64,000 bases of DNA from Candidatus Hydrogenedentes bacterium UBA2224 (GTDB lineage: Bacteria; Hydrogenedentota; Hydrogenedentia; Hydrogenedentales; SLHB01): positions 77,531 to 141,530 of the forward strand of contig DDYW01000181.1 in NCBI GenBank assembly GCA_002348185.1, given 5' to 3'. The translations under genes and the position numbers were made by a program. Shown piece by piece: positions 59,912 through 64,000 of the stretch (its first letter is position 1; each line of letters begins with the position of its first letter). Under the pieces are notes generated by a model. It saw only the letters and a list, made by a program, of their open reading frames with translations. It did not search any database and was not told the DNA's origin.

Positions 59912-60934
59912 TCACGGCGAATACTGGTACCCGTCGCTGAGAATCTCTTGCGTGCAGCAATACAGCCAGGAACCGGTCGGCTGCGGATACCGCGCCCATT
60001 CGACGTGGCCATCCATGCACAGCACATTGGCGCCGCCCGGAACATGGCAGAAGTCCTTGCCGCCTTCCGAGATGCCGCCGGCGGGACCCGATGTGCGGAT
60101 CGTGTCCCACATGGCGATGATCTGGGATTGCGCGCGGCTGCTGCTCGCCGGGTTGTTGATGTCGGTGATGAAGAACCGTTCAATGCCTTCACGCAGATGG
60201 TACAGCGTGACGGTCCGGCCATCGGAAGGCAGCGTAATGCTGCCGTCCTGGTAGGCCATCATCCAGCAGCCCATGCCGGACGCACTGGGCGTGCCGCTGT
60301 TGTATCCGTTGTGCAGGTACGTGAAGACGGCAGCACAATCTACCTGCGTCTCCAGCGCATCCGGTGGAATGGCCACCGCCCAGTAGGCATACGACCAGTC
60401 GGGCAGGTACGGATAGCAGGTCGTCGGCGTGCAATCGGTCCCCACAACCGGGTACGGCAGATTGGACACAGGATTGGGCTGCATCACCCGCAAATCCCAG
60501 TTGTCGCCGACCTGCCGCCACACCCCGTTGGTGGGTTGCCCGGCCGGCTTGTCGTAGGGCCATTCGCTCGATTCGGGCCAATACTTCCCCGGTCCGGAAT
60601 CCACATCCGAGGGACAGAACCAGATGGCGAGATCCGTCGCATATTCAGGATACAGTTCCGGCACGTTCAACCCGTGCCACACCCGGACATTGTCGCCATT
60701 GATCGCTTCGGTAGGTGTGTTATCGTAGCGCACCGTCCGGCATACCCACTGGTCGCGGTGTTCGGCGGCAAACATCTTGTGAATCAGCCCGAACTGCTTC
60801 AGATTGTTCTGGCAACTCGCCCGCCGCGCCGCCTCTCTCGCGCGGGAAAGCGCCGGCAAGAGAATGGCCGCGAGTATGCCGATGATGGCAATGACCACCA
60901 GCAGTTCAATTAACGTAAACCCATGCCGTTTCAT
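59912..60934 (-). CDS. prepilin-type N-terminal cleavage/methylation domain protein, DUF1559 family (paralog 2)
   Basis: [47 protein letters not shown] is present. The C-terminus has [17 protein letters not shown]. Confidence 0.85.
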   Translation of the reverse strand: MKRHGFTLIELLVVIAIIGILAAILLPALSRAREAARRASCQNNLKQFGLIHKMFAAEHRDQWVCRTVRYDNTPTEAINGDNVRVWHGLNVPELYPEYATDLAIWFCPSDVDSGPGKYWPESSEWPYDKPAGQPTNGVWRQVGDNWDLRVMQPNPVSNLPYPVVGTDCTPTTCYPYLPDWSYAYWAVAIPPDALETQVDCAAVFTYLHNGYNSGTPSASGMGCWMMAYQDGSITLPSDGRTVTLYHLREGIERFFITDINNPASSSRAQSQIIAMWDTIRTSGPAGGISEGGKDFCHVPGGANVLCMDGHVEWARYPQPTGSWLYCCTQEILSDGYQYSP

Positions 60935-61387
60935 TCATTACCTCCTGCCCTGGTGAGGGCTTCCGGTTACTGCTCCGGAACTGTGCAACACTGACAGCCT
61001 GAGCGCAGCTTCACACCAGAGGAGTACACCATGAAAGACAGTTCCCCGCCTCCAGACAAGGCAATTCACGAAAGCACGGGAACCCGCGCCTCACCCCCTT
61101 TCGTCCGCACCGTTCGAAAACCAGACACTTCACTAAACCACAACTGCGAAAAAAACGCAAGAGTTGATATTCCGAAATTCAGAGTTTTCCGATAAATATC
61201 CTTAATGTTATCATGTATCGACCAAAGGTCAGCCACAGGAACGGGCCGCTTTTATTGCGCGCCGGGTCATGATACCCTCGTAGGGGCGCGCCGGGCGTCG
61301 GCCAGGCGCCCGGGCGGCCCGGAATGGGCTTGTGACGCGCAGCGTTGGCTTACGTGAGAGGCTTGTCAACAGGAAGGACGTATCGCT

Positions 61388-62791
61388 ATGTTTTCCAGAC
61401 GGATATCCGCGGTGTTTTCCTATCTGGCGGCGGTTCTGTGCATTGGCATGTGGGGCTGGGGGGCGTTTGCATCGGAATCCCAGGCCGAGACCGGATGGCG
61501 TGCAGGCGTTGGCCGGGCGGACATCACGCCTCAGGAACCGATCTGGCTTGCGGGCTATGCGTCACGCGACCACGCCGCCGAAGGCACACTCCATCCCCTG
61601 TGGGTCAAGGCCCTGGCGCTCGAGGATGCCTCAGGCCAGCGCGCGGTCCTGGTCACGACCGACCTGGTCGGCCTTCCTCGCGACATCACCGGGACGGTGC
61701 TCGCCCGCATTGAAGCCGCGCACGGTCTGGCGGGCAGCCACGTCATCCTCTGCAGTTCCCACACCCACACCGGCCCGGTCACGGACAACATGCTCTACGA
61801 GATGTATCCGCTCGAGGCCGGGGACAAGGCCCGCATCGAAGAATACTCCACGGGCCTTGTCGACCGGATCCTCAGCGCCGTGGATGGGGCCCTTGCTGAA
61901 CTGGTTCCCGTTACCCTGGAGTCGGGCAACGGCGTCACGCGCTTTGCGGTAAACCGGCGCAACAATGTCGAGGCCCAGATCACGGCAACGCACAATTTCA
62001 ACGGCCCGGTGGACCATTCGGTGCCGGTGCTTCGGGTGTCGAGACCCGACGGCGCGGTGCTGGCCGTCGTGTTCGGATACGCCTGCCATGCCACGACCCT
62101 GGACCTCTACCAGTGGTCGGGAGACTACCCCGGTTTTGCCCAGATCGAGCTCGAAAAGGCGCATCCGGGCGCCACCGCCATGTTCTTCGCAGGATGCGGC
62201 GCGGATCAGAATCCCCTGCCCCGCCGCACCGTCGAACGGGCAGTCCAGTACGGGCGTGAACTCGCGGTAGCGGTGGACCGTGTGCTCGCCGAGCCCATGA
62301 AGCCGCTGGCCCCCGCGTTCAGCGCCCAGTACACCGAGGTGGAACTTGCGCTGGCGCCCGCCCCCAGCCGCGACGAACTGGCCGCGCAGACCGTGAACGC
62401 CCCCGGATACCGGGCGCGGTGCCTGAACCGGCTCATTGAAACACTCGACGCGGGCCAGCCTCTCCCCTCCTCCTATTCGTATCCGATTCAGCTCTGGCGG
62501 CTGGGCGATCAGGCCCTGGTGGCGCTGGCGGGCGAAGTGGTGGTCGACTATTCGATCTTCCTGAAACGCATGCTGGGGAACGACACGTTCGTCATGGCCT
62601 ATGCCCACCACATCCCCAGTTACATCCCGTCGGAGCGGGTGCTTGCGGAAGGGGGTTACGAAGGCGCCGACTCACAGCTCTACTATGGCTTTGCGGGGCC
62701 GTGGGCGAGCGGCCTGGAGGAACGCATCCTGAACGGCGCCACGCAAGCCGCCACCGCGCTGGGCTTCACGGTGGCGCCCTGGAAAGAGTAG
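61388..62791 (+). CDS. neutral/alkaline non-lysosomal ceramidase-like hydrolase, secreted
   Basis: There is a signal peptide. The Zn-site-like motif is LCSSHTHTGP, with GYA..D and GYACHAT regions. Length is 467 aa. Confidence 0.6.
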   Translation: MFSRRISAVFSYLAAVLCIGMWGWGAFASESQAETGWRAGVGRADITPQEPIWLAGYASRDHAAEGTLHPLWVKALALEDASGQRAVLVTTDLVGLPRDITGTVLARIEAAHGLAGSHVILCSSHTHTGPVTDNMLYEMYPLEAGDKARIEEYSTGLVDRILSAVDGALAELVPVTLESGNGVTRFAVNRRNNVEAQITATHNFNGPVDHSVPVLRVSRPDGAVLAVVFGYACHATTLDLYQWSGDYPGFAQIELEKAHPGATAMFFAGCGADQNPLPRRTVERAVQYGRELAVAVDRVLAEPMKPLAPAFSAQYTEVELALAPAPSRDELAAQTVNAPGYRARCLNRLIETLDAGQPLPSSYSYPIQLWRLGDQALVALAGEVVVDYSIFLKRMLGNDTFVMAYAHHIPSYIPSERVLAEGGYEGADSQLYYGFAGPWASGLEERILNGATQAATALGFTVAPWKE

Positions 62792-62831
62792 ACCCTATTC
62801 TCCCGGCGGCCGCCGTGCTTCCCGCGATGCG

Positions 62832-64000
62832 TTACGCGAGCAGTTGCCGGATGGCTTCGCGGAACGCGCCCTCCGAGTCCGGCCGGAGGAGGGATGCCGT
62901 GGGCTCGTAGCCCCCCTCGTCGTACGCGGAAGCCGTGCAGATGTACCCGGGCGCACAGTCGCCATAGCCCGAGACCGCCACAAATTCGGTGGCGCGCTGT
63001 TCTTTGGCGAAAAGCTGATATTCGACCATCGGTTCACCCGGCAGGTGGGCAATGTGCACGTTGCCCATGTGCAGCGCGCTCACCTCGATCGGCCGCGCGC
63101 TGCGGACGCGGTAGGCCAGACTCATCGCGCCGCCCGTGCGCACGCTGTCCGGCTTCTTGACGTCGGCCATCTGCGCCCGGCTGTCCGCTTCCGTATACCC
63201 GGGGTCCTCGCGCACGCTCAACGGAAATGCCGCCGTGGTCCAGGTGATGCCCGACACCGGCGCGAGAACGGGGGCGGCGCACGAGGCCTTCATCGCGGCA
63301 TAAATGCGCTCATAGAGTCCCTGCCGCGCCTCGGGCGTCCCGTCGTTGTATTTCCCCGCGGCGACGTTGCCCGCACACCCGGTGAAGTAGACCTGGAACG
63401 CGCCTTCTTCCTGTTCGAGACGCTCACGGGCCATCCCGACGAAATCGTAACTGGCACGGGGATCGCCATAAAAACTCTGGGGGTGCGTCGCATAGTAATG
63501 CAGCCTCGTCACGGGATGGCCATCCCTCACAAATGTGATGGTCTGCAGCATCGGATCGATCAGGCCCTCGGGCATCGCCCGAACCTTCTCGTCGCGGCAC
63601 GAACTCCCCCGGAAACCCACCTTGCCTTCGCCCACGGGGACTCGGCGGTTCGAAGCGACCTGCTCGACCTTGGCCTGGCTTGTGCCAATCGCGTCGACCG
63701 GCACAAAGTTCCCCATGGCGCCCCGGACCGCCTCGCCGAGGGTCGCCGCGGCCGCCTCAAACACTTCGTTGGACGGATACGCCGGCGGCGGATTGACGCT
63801 ATCGATAAACGGGCGCGCATCCGCGTCGCCCATGGGCGCGGTGTGTTGATGGACGGTCTGCACGGCCACGTGCGAAACGCTGGTATCCGCGCTTTGCGCC
63901 ACGGCCTGCCGGAAGGCGTCATAGGTCGAATTGCGCAGTTCGCACCAGTCCACGGCGCACAACACATACCGGTCGTCGCCCTCCTCGATAACCACGCCTT
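62832..64000 (-). CDS. neutral ceramidase-like paralog (C-terminal about 390 aa; N-terminus beyond window end)
   Basis: VQTVHQHTAPMG and YFTGCAGN have the same arrangement as the upstream paralog. The ORF is open to the window edge. Confidence 0.5.
   Translation of the reverse strand, partial: GVVIEEGDDRYVLCAVDWCELRNSTYDAFRQAVAQSADTSVSHVAVQTVHQHTAPMGDADARPFIDSVNPPPAYPSNEVFEAAAATLGEAVRGAMGNFVPVDAIGTSQAKVEQVASNRRVPVGEGKVGFRGSSCRDEKVRAMPEGLIDPMLQTITFVRDGHPVTRLHYYATHPQSFYGDPRASYDFVGMARERLEQEEGAFQVYFTGCAGNVAAGKYNDGTPEARQGLYERIYAAMKASCAAPVLAPVSGITWTTAAFPLSVREDPGYTEADSRAQMADVKKPDSVRTGGAMSLAYRVRSARPIEVSALHMGNVHIAHLPGEPMVEYQLFAKEQRATEFVAVSGYGDCAPGYICTASAYDEGGYEPTASLLRPDSEGAFREAIRQLLA

Overview
This is a 64-kb, high-GC (roughly 65%) bacterial chromosomal segment that is densely coding on both strands. 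I can support about 45 protein genes, one tRNA-Pro(CGG), and no rRNA, CRISPR array, transposase or integrase. Two paralogous prepilin-type (N-terminal [25 protein letters not shown]) DUF1559-like proteins, a TAT-exported DegT-family aminotransferase next to a secreted TIM-barrel sugar isomerase, and several Gfo/Idh/MocA oxidoreductases suggest a Planctomycetota/PVC-like or related lineage; this is inference only.

Recognisable housekeeping genes are hemE, cca, a class-I DAHP synthase, trkH-trkA, pyrG, kdsB, a CinA-C/PncC-like gene translationally coupled to dnaE, recN and tlyA.

The most interesting locus is a tightly packed + strand operon at 44263-52461. It reads fliW - csrA - unknown 208-aa protein - a 1112-aa four-module enzyme (GT4 glycosyltransferase + CgeB-like glycosyltransferase + SAM methyltransferase + TPR) - a Maf(DUF115/MptE-like)::CgeB-like glycosyltransferase fusion - a GT9-like glycosyltransferase. 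No flagellin or other flagellar gene lies nearby. This looks like a CsrA/FliW-coupled protein glycosylation and methylation system whose substrate is unknown.

Other notable loci:
- A MrfA/YprA-like DUF1998 helicase with a YprB-like RNase-H-fold exonuclease (16170-19751).
- An ECF sigma factor operon with no recognisable anti-sigma factor, followed by a C45/Ntn-hydrolase lipoprotein and four unknowns (26519-33209).
- A GGDEF gene translationally coupled to a DUF3391/HDOD gene next to trkAH.
- A shared AT-rich motif (ATCCTTAATG plus inverted and tandem repeats) upstream of both DUF1559 paralogs.
- Two convergent neutral-ceramidase-like paralogs at the window end.

Many long ORFs in the six-frame track are antisense shadow ORFs typical of high-GC DNA, and I rejected them.
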